Source of the DNA: Felis catus
Lineage: Eukaryota
Assembly (NCBI RefSeq): GCF_018350175.1
Contig: NC_058382.1
Span: forward strand, 56,422,001 to 56,486,000
Reading direction: 5' to 3'
Length of the DNA stretch: 64,000 bases
Shown here: one piece after another, positions 12,795 to 24,839 of the stretch
How positions within the stretch are numbered: position 1 is the first letter of the stretch
How the letters are laid out: each line of letters starts with the position of its first letter
Translations under genes and position numbers: made by a program
Notes under the pieces: model-generated
The model's database searches: none
Told to the model about the DNA's origin: nothing
Seen by the model: only the letters and a program-made list of their open reading frames with translations

Positions 12795-12995
12795 AAGATG
12801 GGTTTTGAATCGTCTCTTCATCTCTTTCATAGCTGTGACGATAGTTACATCTCCCTGTGTCTCAGGGGTTTCATCCCTTAAGTATGAATGATAATGTCCC
12901 CTCCCACCAGCATTGTTGTGAGGTTTTTTTTTTTTTTAACCTTGTAAATGCACGTAAAATGCTTACAACACTGTGCCTACTTCCTTATAAGCAAT
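12795..12995 (+). mobile_element. MIR
   Basis: tagctgtgac...ctgtgtctcagggg...gttgtgagg...taaaatgcttacaacactgtgcct. Confidence 0.6.
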
Positions 12996-13454
12996 GGGGT
13001 GAGTGGCACTGTTGATGACAGAGTTCCGTAAAGAGTTAGAACCTTGACCAATGCCTGCCCATTAAAAGACTGCCCACTCATTTTTTTCCCCATTGTCCAT
13101 TTGGTCTTGCTTACAAAAAAAAAAAAAAATCAGTCTCTTTTTTGAGAGTTACAAATAAGAAAAATGTTTGACCTTATACCTCCTGGAGTTATTTCCTTCC
13201 TAGATCTATCCCGAGATGTATGTCACCCCCATGCTGGTAAGCTTCCCTGACTGTAAGCTGCAAAGATTTGCATTTCAGGATGAAAGGTGTTAAGTGATGA
13301 TGCTATTTTTGGTGATGCTGCTTTAGTCAACTTTATCTGACTGCTCTGTGTTGGCACCTGTGATTAGTGCCTTGGTCACCGAGGTATGTTTAAAACGTGC
13401 TTTCTCTGTGTTTTTCAGCCAGAGTCTTAAATGTCATTCTGTGTCTCTGCCCAG

Positions 13455-13607
13455 GTAGTCGATAGTGACAGACCAGAAGGGTCTAAGTTCCGGCTCACTG
13501 GAAAGGGAGTGGATCAAGAGCCTAAAGGAATTTTCCGAATCAATGAGAACACGGGCAGTGTCTCTGTGACAAGGACCTTGGACAGAGAAACGATCGCTAC
13601 TTATCAA
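13455..13607 (+). CDS. CDH13: Cadherin-13 (T-cadherin) internal coding exon, EC1 domain (orthologue of human exon 5)
   Basis: Translates to [51 protein letters not shown] (51 aa, cadherin LDRE motif), recognised as T-cadherin EC1. Acceptor ttctgtgtctctgcccAG ends at 13454; donor CAA|GTGAGT starts at 13608; 153 nt, phase 0-0. Confidence 0.97.
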
Positions 13608-13924
13608 GTGAGTGCCCCTCAAGTGCCCACCCTGCATGCCGACATGTGGCTTTTCGAGGCTGTTTTCTTTCCACTGAACTCGTTATTTCTGTGTGTTTCA
13701 TGAGACCGCGGGCTATGCGGCTTTAAGTGTGTCTCTGTGGGAGCCGAGTGGCATTGAACCCCAACAGGGTAACAGCGGGGGCCCTATCTCATCAACAGAG
13801 TCCTCAGGCCTGTGTGAGACCTTGGGTACTGGAGGCCAAGGAGGAGGGCTCTTGGGGGATCTCAGAGGAGGTCAGAACCTTTAGGGCGACTTGGGCTTTC
13901 TGAAAACCAGCTTGATAATGAATA

Positions 13925-14370
13925 GCTATAAAAGGTGTAAACCTTTGGATGTGATCATTGTGCTTTTAGAAATCTATCTTTAGGAAATAGGAAGGCATTT
14001 AGTTAGATCTTTGTGCAATAATGTTAGAGCAAGACATCATGCTTAGAATGGAAACAGTTTTGCTAACTATTCAGCAATGGGGCAGTGGTTAAATTATGGC
14101 ACAACTTTGCAAGGAAGCTTTGTACAGCCATTTTAAATATTTTGAAGAAGTTCTAGTTATTTGGGAGAAATTCAAGGTATGTAATGGAAACAGACACACA
14201 AATACATGTGGAATCCGTGCTGCAGACTGAGTATTCACACATCACAACGGGCGTACATTTGTGAAGAAACGCGATAGAGGAAAAACCAAAATGTTAATCG
14301 TTGTGTTTGTGTGTTGTTGACTTTTTCTTTGTGTTTTCTGATTTTTCTAAAAATAATTAAGTTGCTTTTT
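13925..14370 (+). mobile_element. Old L1 (L1ME-like) 3' fragment
   Basis: cttttagaaatctat...ggttaaattatggcac...acagccattttaaa...accaaaatgttaa. Confidence 0.55.
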
Positions 14371-15585
14371 TATGGAGAAAGAGCAGGCCCTTTGTAAAAG
14401 GATAGTTTTATCCTTTAGTGGATACCCATTCGGGACCCACAGACCAAAGCGGTGGCAAACAGATATTGGGGTGAGCCCTGAATCTCATATGGGCTTGAGG
14501 TCAGTCCTACACCTTCTCTACAACACCGTCCATAAATTCCATTTTCACAGCCTGTGTTATAGACCCAAGCCTCTGAAGGTGGTAAGCTCAGTCTTTGAGA
14601 ACGTGTTGGAATTCTCAGACATTTTCTGGGAAAACCCTCCTTGGGTTGCAGCGCACCGGGCTGTGAGCAGGCACCATGGGAACAGGGTTCAGCCAACAAT
14701 GTTTGCCTTCCATCATCGTTGCCCCAGCCTGTGTATTTCCCTAGCTCGGGGTCAGAAGGTGGTGATCGATTTCTAGGACAAGATTTGGCATCTCTGGTTT
14801 TCTTGGTCAAAACACTGCGTACGGATATCCTGATCCCCCTTCAGAAACACTACTGCCTCTCCCCAAAAAACCCGTGGTCTTCCTTTTCTGCAGACAGAGG
14901 GAGGAGGGACACTGCATTGAGAAGTAAGGGCTCTGTGTGGGAAACAGGTCCCCTGGGTCTGGCCTGCCCTGTCACCACGAGCTGTTGACCTTGGGAAGAC
15001 CAGGAAAGCTCTGGTCCTCGGGATCCCATCCATAAGATGCGAGTAACACTCACCTCCCTACTGGATTGCTGTGGGTGTTCAGGGAGGAGGAGACAGTCTG
15101 AGGGTGTTGGAGGAAGCTAAGTACTGGACAAATAGAGTGGTACAAGTGAAGGTGGTAGAACCCCGTCTGCCCGAGGGCCCGGGATCGGGGGAAGATGCAG
15201 GTGCCTCCCAGACCCCCTTCTCAGAAGCTTTTGCCAAAGGGTACGTGCTGCGAGCCTCTGCAGGGGTACCATCTATCAGAGACCACCAAGGGGTGAGCAG
15301 AGTGTCTTAGGGTACCTAGGGGGGACCTGGTTGCCGTAGAAACTGAATACTGGCACCCTCACAAAGTCCCGGGTCCTACTGGCCTCAGCAGTAACCGGGG
15401 GTGACGCGGCAGCTCCTGGAAGGAAAACCGGCACAGACCGTAAACCAGCATCAGTGCACGTCCTCTGCTCTTCCCATGCCTGTCGTGGGAATATCCGTTA
15501 ATTTTCAGACCCAAGAAACTAAGGAGACAGTACATTTTATAATTTCGTAGCACAGTGATAACAGAGTTAAGATAACTCGAAAGTT

Positions 15586-15798
15586 GGGGCGCCTGGGTGG
15601 CGCAGTCGGTTAAGCGTCCGACTTCAGCCAGGTCACGATCTCGCAGTCTGGGAGTTCGAGCCCCGCATCAGGCTCTGGGCTGATGGCTCAGAGCCTGGAG
15701 CCTGTTTCCGATTCTGTGTCTCCCTCTCTCTCTGCCCCTCCCCCGTTCATGCTCTGTCTCTCTCTGTCCCAAAAATAAATAAACGTTGAAAAAAAAAA
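15586..15798 (+). mobile_element. Young CanSINE (CpG-rich) inserted into a MIR
   Basis: Near-consensus body; TSD TTAAGATAACTCGAAAG at 15567-15583 and 15800-15816; MIR-like sequence continues to about 15945. Confidence 0.96.
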
Positions 15799-16124
15799 TT
15801 TAAGATAACTCGAAAGCAAATTCTTTCGAGTCTCAACATTGCCACTTACTGAGCTATGTGATCTTGGACGACCCATGCACCCTCTCCGATCTTATAATTC
15901 TCATCCGTGAAAGAAGACTAGTACTGGCACCTCTAAGGATTGTACAAAATAAAATTACTAGCTGTGACTAACTAGCAATTGCTAATCAGTGAGTAAAATA
16001 GAGCCTGGTCAGTAGCTTGGAGCTTCTCATATGTTTCGTAAAAGTGAAGCTGTATAGTTGCATAGCAATTAAAAACATATAATTTTGCACACAGCCACGT
16101 TTGCCACATTCCAATCACGTCATG

Positions 16125-16280
16125 GACTAGCTGTGGGAACCTGGGCATGGTGTCTGCCTCAATGTTCTCGTCTGTAAAATGGGAATGATAACAATACTGA
16201 TCTTGCAGGATTTTAATGGATGAAATGAGTTAATACGCGTCAAGCATTTAGAATAATGCCAGAATCACAGTAAGCACATG
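16125..16280 (+). mobile_element. MIR
   Basis: ctcgtctgtaaaatgggaatgataac...aaatgagttaatac...cacagtaagcac. Confidence 0.75.
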
Positions 16281-19217
16281 TGTGATCTTACCACATGAGC
16301 CAGAGCTTAATGATGTTGAGGAAGGTAAAGGAGAACTCCGAGGACTTTGTGTTGTCGCCCCGCCCACCCAGATCAAGCATCGATTTTCCATGGGTGATCT
16401 TGAGTTTGTGTGAATAGTTTCATAATGTACTTCATAGCATAGTGATTAATTGTTCAGTTCATTTTTTTCTACACACGTTCGAGAACCTACAGAGTGCGGG
16501 GCTTCCTCCACAGTGTCGGGGGGGGGGGGATGTGGGGGGAAACCAGACACGCCAGATTCCCTGCCCTCACATGAAGCTTCCATTTTACCCCCAAGGCTCT
16601 GTTTCACAATGAACTGCTTTAAACTCCTCACCATTGGACAGGTGTCCCTGCCAGGATGCTGTGTCTCGTTCATTGTCTGACTTGGTTTACCCCTGGCACA
16701 GGGCTGTGTGCGCCCAGTGGAGAGATGCTGATGCCTGGTGGGAATGCGGGGTCTTAGGAGAGTACCGGCTACAGCAGCCCAGCTTCCGCTGGCCCGAGCC
16801 ACCCTCCAACCCCCCACACCAATGCCATCCCCCCCACACCTCCGGCTCTTAGATAGGTCTTTGTCCTGTTTCCTTCCTATCACCCTGTGTTAGGTTCTCC
16901 CGTATCTGGATTGACTGGTTTACTTTCGTTAATATACTTTGGGCAAACACACCTCTTCAAAGAGCTGGATCCTCTGCTCCACTTTCCACGTTTTCCTTTC
17001 CCCTCTGGCAAGTTTGAAAAGCAGGGAGCCTGTGGGTGAATGAATTTCCATTATAATCGCTCCATTGTTGGTGTCGTTGTGTAGCCTCTAGTTAAAATCT
17101 CCTCACTTGCAAGTCAGGGCTACTTGCTGCTTCCCACACCCCACAGGAAAGCGTTCTGAACTAAGCCTTGGGGATTTGCACAATAAGAAATAACCAGGGA
17201 CAAATTGGTCCTTGGGCCCCCAAATGTGTGCCATCATTAAAGCTACTGTTTATGGAACAATACATGGCTAATCCTGCAGGAAACACTTCATACATGCTCT
17301 CTTATTTAACTCATTTCGCCCAGGAGACTACAGAAGTAGACGTCAACACCATTTTGCAGATAAGCAAAGAACTGTGAAGTAACTTGTTCAAGGTCTCGGA
17401 GCTGATATGTGTGGAATCTGGGGTCCGGATCTGCTTCTCTCCACGTCCAAAGCCCTGCACTTCTAACTACTAAGAAATGCCTCTTCCTGTGTTACCCCAG
17501 TTAGAGTCTCCTATCTAATCTGCAAGTTCCCAGCCTTCTCTCCCAGGGACTCCACTTACTGGGGCCAGGGCAGAGGTGTGACTAGGTGATGGATGTCTTC
17601 CCAAATCCCATCTTTCTCCACGACCTACTTCCACCTGCCCACCCCCCACCGCGGCCCCCAAAGGGCTTCCCAAGCCTCTGACCCAAAGTGGCACCTGGTA
17701 GAATAATTTAGCTCTCGCGGTATTGGAAACTGACATATTAATGCAAAGCCTCCTGAAATATTACTCATTATTATGCATTTTGCCAGCATTTGAGTGATTT
17801 GTGAACTCTTCATTGGAATAAAGTACTGTAAATGATTCATGAATGACCAAGTTTATGAAATTCTATAAAAATATTAGCAGGTGGTAATGATTCCCTCACA
17901 CTGTGAATATAATCTGCTGGCTGCGAATTTGTCAATATGGCAGGACAGGAGTGTGGAGTGGGGGACAGAGTCTGTCAGGCAGGTTGGGGTGCCAATAGAC
18001 AGTCTGGGCTGGGTTCGACAGCGGATAGGAGACAAAACAGGAAGAAAGGCTGTGGTAGTGTGCTGATGTCATGAGCAGGACATATTCACCCTGATCTGTT
18101 GTCCATGGTTGGGAGACATACTGAGGACTGGGGATGTCAGGGCTGGGCAGGGGAAGAGAAAGGCACTTGGAAGGAGAGAGAGAGAACTAGTATTTACTCA
18201 GCATCCATTAGGTGCCCAGGAGCTCTCTAGAATACTAGATACACAAACCTGTGAAACTGGTTTATTATCTTGCCTTTACTCGTCTAGCTAGCTGAGGGCC
18301 AAAGTGGTTCCCTAGATAAATGATCGTTATTAATGTTGGTGTTAATGTTTATTGAACATTTACAGTGTGCCAAGGCTCTATGCTAAATACCTAAATGATG
18401 ATCTCATTCAATCTTCACAAAGATGAACTTATTAATGTTATCATGCCCGATTACAGAACTAGTAATTGGAACCACCTGTGTGCGTCGCCTCCGCACATAA
18501 GCGGGATTTCATGGTCTCCTTCTGAATATTTGTTCACACTTTCTGGGGTATAATTTGCTCTCCTTCAAGCCAATTTCTTGGACATGTCTTGACTTTGTAG
18601 CTAAGATTGTTGCCCTAAAATGGGAATCCACCCGGCAGAAAGAAGATGTCCTTGCTCCTGTGTTCCCCTTCATTCATGTGGCTCTGCCCCATTTCTAACC
18701 CATAAGTAGCTCCAAGACAATCTGGCAAAAAATGCATTAAAGTGAAAAATGATACTGTCGAGTGGAAATACATGTATCATACCACTAGTGATCCTAGAGA
18801 ACTGAGATGTGTAGATTTCTCCAGATTGGAGAATTATTTAGGTGATTAACCTGTGTATAAATAATGTCCATGTGGATTGTTGTCCATGTGGAGGAGGCAC
18901 ACATTACTTGATAGGCTTGCACTGCCCTTGATAATATTTGTACTTGGAATGCTCCCCCTGCCCTCAGGTATAGGGACCAGCTACACCCTTCTTCATCCAC
19001 TAGTCTGGTCTCCCCCATGGCCATCTTTCTTAGGCAGGATTCTTCGTGGTAGTCAACAACCCCCCCCCCCTCCAACTAATGTGTAAAGAAAGGGATTTAT
19101 TAAAGGATGCAGGGAGCTTATGTAGTTGCCAGAGGACCCAACCACCTGGCTCACAGGGGACCCGCCCCACAGTTGTGCTACAGGAAATGCCCAGCCATCG
19201 ATGGTACTGTTTTAGAG

Positions 19218-19438
19218 CCAGGGTTCTTCACCTTGGCACTATTGACATTTGGGGCTGGATAACCCTCTGCTTTGGGGGCTGGCCCGTGCAGTGCAGGGTG
19301 TTTAGAAACACAGCTGGTCTCTAACTACTGGATCCTGAGAGCAACCCCCATCCCAGTCTTGCTGGTCAAAGGTGTCTCCAGATATTATCATTCATTGTCC
19401 CATGGGGGCAAAACTGCCCTCTGGCTGAGAACCACTTT
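19218..19438 (-). mobile_element. MER20-like hAT-Charlie DNA transposon
   Basis: cagggttcttcaccttggcactattgacatttggggctggataa...gctgagaaccact, full length. Confidence 0.88.
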
Positions 19439-20123
19439 TCTAGAGGAGTCGTCTCTGCTGCCACCTCTCCCTACCCCTCTGCTCCCGTGATGCTCAGAAC
19501 TGGGGGAGGGTGGGCGGTAGGGAGCATCTCTGCCTTGGCTGCCCAGACATGTGGAGTGATCCTGACAGCATGCTTTCCGGAACTTAGATCTGCCAAGCAG
19601 AGCTGCTTCCTTAAGTCCTGCTTCTGTTGCCAAGTCTAATGCTGGGATGTCCACAGGGAAGAACCTGGGTCATATGAAGGACTGTCGCTGAGCTAGCAAG
19701 GGGCTCTGAGTGGCGTTGACATCTACAGCATCGGCCACATCATCGGTACCGCTTTATCCCAGGGAAGAGGCAGTCAGCGGGAGGCATGGCGGTCCAAAGG
19801 CAGGTCACCAGCCCATGCACAGGAGAGCGTGTGGCCTCACACCTCTGAGCTGCTCTCACTATCATAAGCCTAGCTATCAATAACGCACGTGGCCTTGGAA
19901 TGAGCCTTGATGGGGAGGAGACAGAGAACGTGGGTTAAAAGCTCAGCCTTTGGAATCAGACCTACTAAGGTTTGATTCTGCTGCCGTAGGAACTCTAGGA
20001 GGTTGCCATTTTTACAGGTGAAAAAAACAGGTGACTATCAGCCATTTCACAGTGTCGCCTTTTGGCAAGTTCTCTATTGTTTCTCATTTTCTCGTCTTTA
20101 CGTTGACACTAAGATGGCAGCAT

Positions 20124-20830
20124 TGATGTGGCTTTGGAGTGGCGGGGGGGGGGGGGGTGGTGGCCAGAGCCAGCAGCCAAGAAATAATCCTTGAGACATC
20201 TTTGGTGTAAAACGGTGATTTTATTAAAGCACGGACCTGGACTTCTTGGCAGAAAGAGCTGCCCTAGGGTTGTAAGGGGTGACTGGGTTTATCCTAAGAG
20301 GCTGGGGCAGGCAAAAGGGAGGCTTCCAGAAGGACTTTCGTATGCTAAAAAGGATCATAAAGATACCAGAAGGCTAAGTATTGTCAAGCTAAGGTGGTTT
20401 TTCCCTCTAGTGAGGCATTAGCATTAAGACAGTAGTCGGTTCCTAGAGAAATGTTCCCCTCTGCCTGCCTCAAGTATGTGTCAATGGGCCACAGGTCATA
20501 AGGAAATTTGATTTTGCCTGCCATTTCCTTCTTGCCTTTGTTTTCCACATCACTGTGGAGGGGAGGTTGACGTTAGGGCTCCCAGGACACTGAGTCTATG
20601 GGTGTCTGGAGGTTAGGCTATTGCTAAGATTGCCTTTTTCTTGTAATTTACGAAGACAACCTGACGGAGACTCCTACACGACTGTGATCTCTATCGGGTA
20701 ACCGTTGTTTTTGCCCTTTCCTTTGTTGATCAGCACGCCGGGGACTGTCACACAGGTCCTGCCTTGGAAGTGGGGGCAGTGGGGTGTCAGCTTGTACTTT
20801 GCCCTCTGCTTGCCTTGGACTCCCTCCTCA
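20124..20830 (-). mobile_element. Solo ERV LTR (carnivore CarLTR-like)
   Basis: Termini TGATG...CCTCA; candidate 4-bp TSD GCAT/GCGT; AATAAA on the minus strand at 20220-20225. Confidence 0.75.
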
Positions 20831-21057
20831 GCGTCACGCCCTGGCTGTGTTGCAGTTGCCGAGCGGGGTGTACAGGAGAGTTGCTCAGGGCAGCCGCTAA
20901 GTGTTCCCGAATTAAGAGCGATCACCTCGCGGCCCAGTCTGGGAGGTGATGCTCCTTGCAGGTGAAATAGAGCTGTACGTGGTTGCCAGGCGCCCACATC
21001 ACAAAGCTGGGTGCGGTAACATCGTGTGAGACTTCTTAGCAGGGACATGTTTAGATG

Positions 21058-21205
21058 GGCAGTTCTTAAGGTGTGGCCCCCAGACCAGCATCTGTTATCT
21101 GGGACCTTGTTAAAAATGCACATTCCCAGTCCCGCCCAGCTGCAGTCTGGGTGTTCACAAGCCCTTCAGGGGGTTCTGGTGTTCACTGTTGTCTGAGACC
21201 CCCTC
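21058..21205. mobile_element. MER5A-like DNA transposon
   Basis: gttcttaaggtgtggcccccagaccagcatc...ttgttaaaaatgcacattc...tgagacc. Confidence 0.75.
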
Positions 21206-21687
21206 GCTCTACTCTGAGAGTGCTTCTGAATGTTTGCATGGCCACAACTGGCTTGATGCATTCATTTGCATCAACGAAGGTGGCCTCGGACCCCGTTCCA
21301 TTACAGTTGTGCCGGGGTAACCCGTTTGCACCTTAAAGATGCTTATTTTTCTAGATGCTCTGGTACGCCGTGTGAAAGCCCTCTAAATCCAGTTTGTGGT
21401 CCTCAAAACTGCCTTTGTTTTTGGTTCGGTAACAGCTGCTGGGAGCCAGGCAGATTTGTCCCGGGGTTTCTTTGCTCCGTCCTGTCTAGACCTTGGATAA
21501 CTGTTAAAGATCATGTTATTGAGTGTTTTCTCATATCTCAGAAACCAACCTTTTAGGCCAGAGATAAAAGTGTCTTCGGAATATTTGAGCTGGTACAGGA
21601 GAAGATTCCTGCTAGGAGGAAGCTGGCCCCGGGGTCAGCAGAACCGGCTTTTCTGTCTTATTAGATCTGTAACCATGAGTGAGTCAT

Positions 21688-22071
21688 CTGTGGTTCTCAA
21701 ACTTTGTTGTGCATTAAAGCCATCTGGAGAGATTTTATTTATTTTTTTTATAATTTTTTAAGGTTTATTTTTATTTATTTTTGAGAGAGAGAGGAAGCAG
21801 GAGAGAGGGAGAGAGAGAATCCCAAGCAGGCTCCACACTGTCATCACGGAGCCTGATGCAGGGCTCAAACTCACAAACCCTGAGATCATGACCTGAGCCG
21901 AAACCAAGAGTCAGACACTTAACTGATTGAGCCTCATCTGGGGAGATTTTAAAACCCCTGATGCCCAAGCTGCCCTCCAAACCAATTAAATCAGGGTGTC
22001 TTGGAGTGGGACCAAGTACGTTTATAAAACTCCAGGTGTTTCCACCGTGAAGCCAAATTTGAGAACCACTG
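21688..22071. mobile_element. MER5-like DNA transposon interrupted by a SINE
   Basis: Terminal inverted repeats ctgtggttctcaaa / tttgagaaccactg. Confidence 0.8.
21738..21933 (-). mobile_element. CanSINE, slightly 5'-truncated
   Basis: TSD CATCTGGAGAGATTTTA (21721-21737) / CATCTGGGGAGATTTTA (21935-21951). Confidence 0.92.
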
Positions 22072-22357
22072 GATTGATAGAACCCATCTCTACCCTGGTT
22101 TATTCCAATGGGGATGATGACCCCTACCTGGTCAGTTTGTTGCGAATCTCACGTTTCTAACACGTATTGTAGGAAATCAAAGATCTTACTTCTGTCTCAA
22201 TCAACTGCCTGACTCTGAGCAAACATCTGAAGCACACTACTTTCCAGCATCTCTTTTGACACAGGCCCTTAAAAAACTGAAATGCAGGGAAACAGAATTG
22301 GATAAAGAAATGAACAGGTTGTCTTGTAACTACATTTAGAAAAAAAAAAATAATTCA

Positions 22358-22483
22358 GGGGCAGCTGAGCAGCTCAGTCAGTTATGTGTCCGACTCTTGG
22401 TTTCGGCTCAGGGCAGGATCTCACACTTCGCGAGATCGAGCCCTGCGTTGGGCTCCATGCTGACAGTGCACAGCCTGCTTGGG

Positions 22484-22523
<40 letters not shown>

Positions 22524-22570
22524 TCTCCCCTGCTCTCATGCTCTCTCCTCAAAATAAGTAAATAAACTTG
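22358..22570 (+). mobile_element. CanSINE
   Basis: ggggcagctgagcagctcag head, (CT)n, aaaataa tail. Confidence 0.9.
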
Positions 22571-24582
22571 AAAGGAAAGGAAGTGAAAGGAAGGAGGAGA
22601 AAAGAAAAAAGGATTCAGGGTTTGGTTTTGGTTTCTCGCCACCCCGGTGCCCCTCAAGCATCTCCCTCTGGCTCCTTCCTGGTCGTCTTCACGATTCCAA
22701 GCACTTGATTTTGCAACCTGGCCTTATCTGCCAGGCACAGCTCGTGAAGCGGAGGCCAGAGGAAGGTAAATGGCATTGCCTGGTTGAGACCGCCAAGGTG
22801 CTCCTGACTGATTATTTGGTCCACTCAGCAAAGATGCTTCCTCACTCGGGGCTGTGGGAACGTGGTTTTCTAAACTCCATCAGCACAAACTCCTCAGAAA
22901 GGTGCGGCTTGAGTCTTGGCAGGTGGGCAGACCTCACACCCCTCAGCCTTCTCCTCCCCTCGCCGGGCCCGCAGGTGGCCCCCCCACAGGCTCGGGGACC
23001 GATAAACATGTGACAGCAGCTCCTCCCTCTTTGCTCGCCCGGTGTCTGACTACAGCCAAATCCGTTCCTCGTGGACCCGTTCCACCAGACTTGGTGGTGT
23101 TCGTCTTTCCAGGTGCCAGAGATTCATCACAATACATCACAACAGCAAGCGCCTTGAGATCCGTTTAATCTGAGCTGCTAAGTTTACAAATAAGAGCCAG
23201 TTCAAGAACTGGCCAACAGCTCTGACTCCCGGTACTCAAAATCTGTTGCCGATGTTTGGTTATCCTGCGAAAGCAGGCATTGAGGCTGACCACTCTGGGA
23301 CCAGATCCTGCAAACGCAGATGAAACTTTCTGCCTCCCACCGCTGACTCTCCAGCTCTCTGCATTCATCACTAGGCATGAAGATTCTTTTTCTTTTTTTC
23401 ATTTGGTGAAAACGAGCAGGGGCGGGAAGGTGTTTGTTCAGGGGCGTGGACTCGGATGAAAGAGGCATGAAGATTGGAACAGGTCGTGCTCTGCTCCTTA
23501 AAGTAAGCTTGACTCTCTTGGGTTAGAGGGCAGAAAAGATGGGAATTAGTCTTTTTTTATGAGATGCTGTGCAAAATTGGATGTGAGGAACAGAAGCTAA
23601 TTAACCCAATTACAAAAGACAGGGTGCAATTCTAGGTTCAACCACTATGGCTGTGAAGCCAAGTGACAAAGGATGATGTAATTCAGAAGAGAGCTACCCC
23701 TCCCACCCCTAACCCCCCGGGAACTCAGGCAGCACTCTGTCTTGGGAAGGTTAGTAATTAAGGGGTGGATGACCATGGTGAAATGGGCCACTCGAGGGGA
23801 AGCATGAAGGGGAAGAAGAAGATGACATTGATCCGGAGCCTTTGTGAAACCAGCTTTGGGCGCCCCAAGAGACACTTGGGGGAGTAATAGCATAATGGCG
23901 ACTGAGTTCCCCTTGAGCATGTTGGAAGCCGGAAGTTCTCATGATGGGAGATTGATACAGATGGGAGTCATGTCGCATCCAGTGCTGGGGAGCCACCAAC
24001 CCCCAGGTTACCCACCTCAATTCTGGCTGGCCCACTGCTGAATGTTTAACTGGGGCAGATTTGAAATGGAGAGAACCTGTGGGCAAAATCCCAGGGTAGA
24101 AGGAGAGCATGGGGGGGGGGGGGGTGCGTGCTTTTGCTGGTGGAGTTTATCTTCCAGCCAAGAGAAGTGGAGGGAAATGGGGCAGCACTTACAAAAAGGC
24201 TACTTGGGACCCCAGGAGGATGCATCCATATCAGGGCCGGCATACGCCCGGCAGCCGCATCAGGTAGGATTCAGATCAACCACAGGACTGATTCAGCTGA
24301 TGTTGACAAGATGCCTGATTCATGTGAGCGGCTGTTTCAAAGTGCTGGAGACAGAGCTGCAAACAAACCACCAAGTTCCTGCTTTACAGAACTCCATCAA
24401 TAAACAGCAGTTAGCAAGTATGTGACATGTCAGGTGGGTATAAGGACTGGGAATAAAAATGGAGCAGATTGAACATGCAGAGAGGGATACGACGTGCTGT
24501 GTGGTCCTGGCAGGCCATGGCGGGAGATGACATTTGGGGGCAGGCCTGGTGGGAAGTCTGGGGGCAGAAGTATCCTTGATAG

Positions 24583-24770
24583 CAGGGGTTCTCGACCATA
24601 TTGTCACCCACAGTCAGCAGATGTTTGTGCCCCCCCCACCTCCCAGGGACATCTGGCAATGTCCAGAGACATTTTTGGGTGTCACAATGGGGGAAGTAGT
24701 GGGTCAAGTAATCTAGTGGGTCAAGATCAGAGATGTTGCTCAGTATCTTAGAGTGCACAGGGCAGACCCT
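24583..24770 (+). mobile_element. MER20-like DNA transposon
   Basis: cagggacatctggcaatgtccagagacatttttgggtgtcacaa. Confidence 0.85.
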
Positions 24771-24839
24771 GCATGCTGTGATCTACAGGCCCCAGCCCAG
24801 GGCTGGCCTCTTAGAGGGTCTGAAAATATCCCATAGTTT

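Larger units (their letters stand above)
1..13454 (+). other. CDH13: CDH13 intron upstream of the exon (3' part)
   Basis: No other cadherin-coding sequence upstream; CDH13 is known to have very large introns. Confidence 0.85.

Noticed and set aside
13431..13703. 90-aa ORF as a standalone gene
   Set aside because: It is the CDH13 exon plus intronic flanks; the ATG lies in the acceptor region.
15586..15670. tRNA gene (A and B boxes)
   Set aside because: tRNA-derived SINE head continuing into SINE body and tail.
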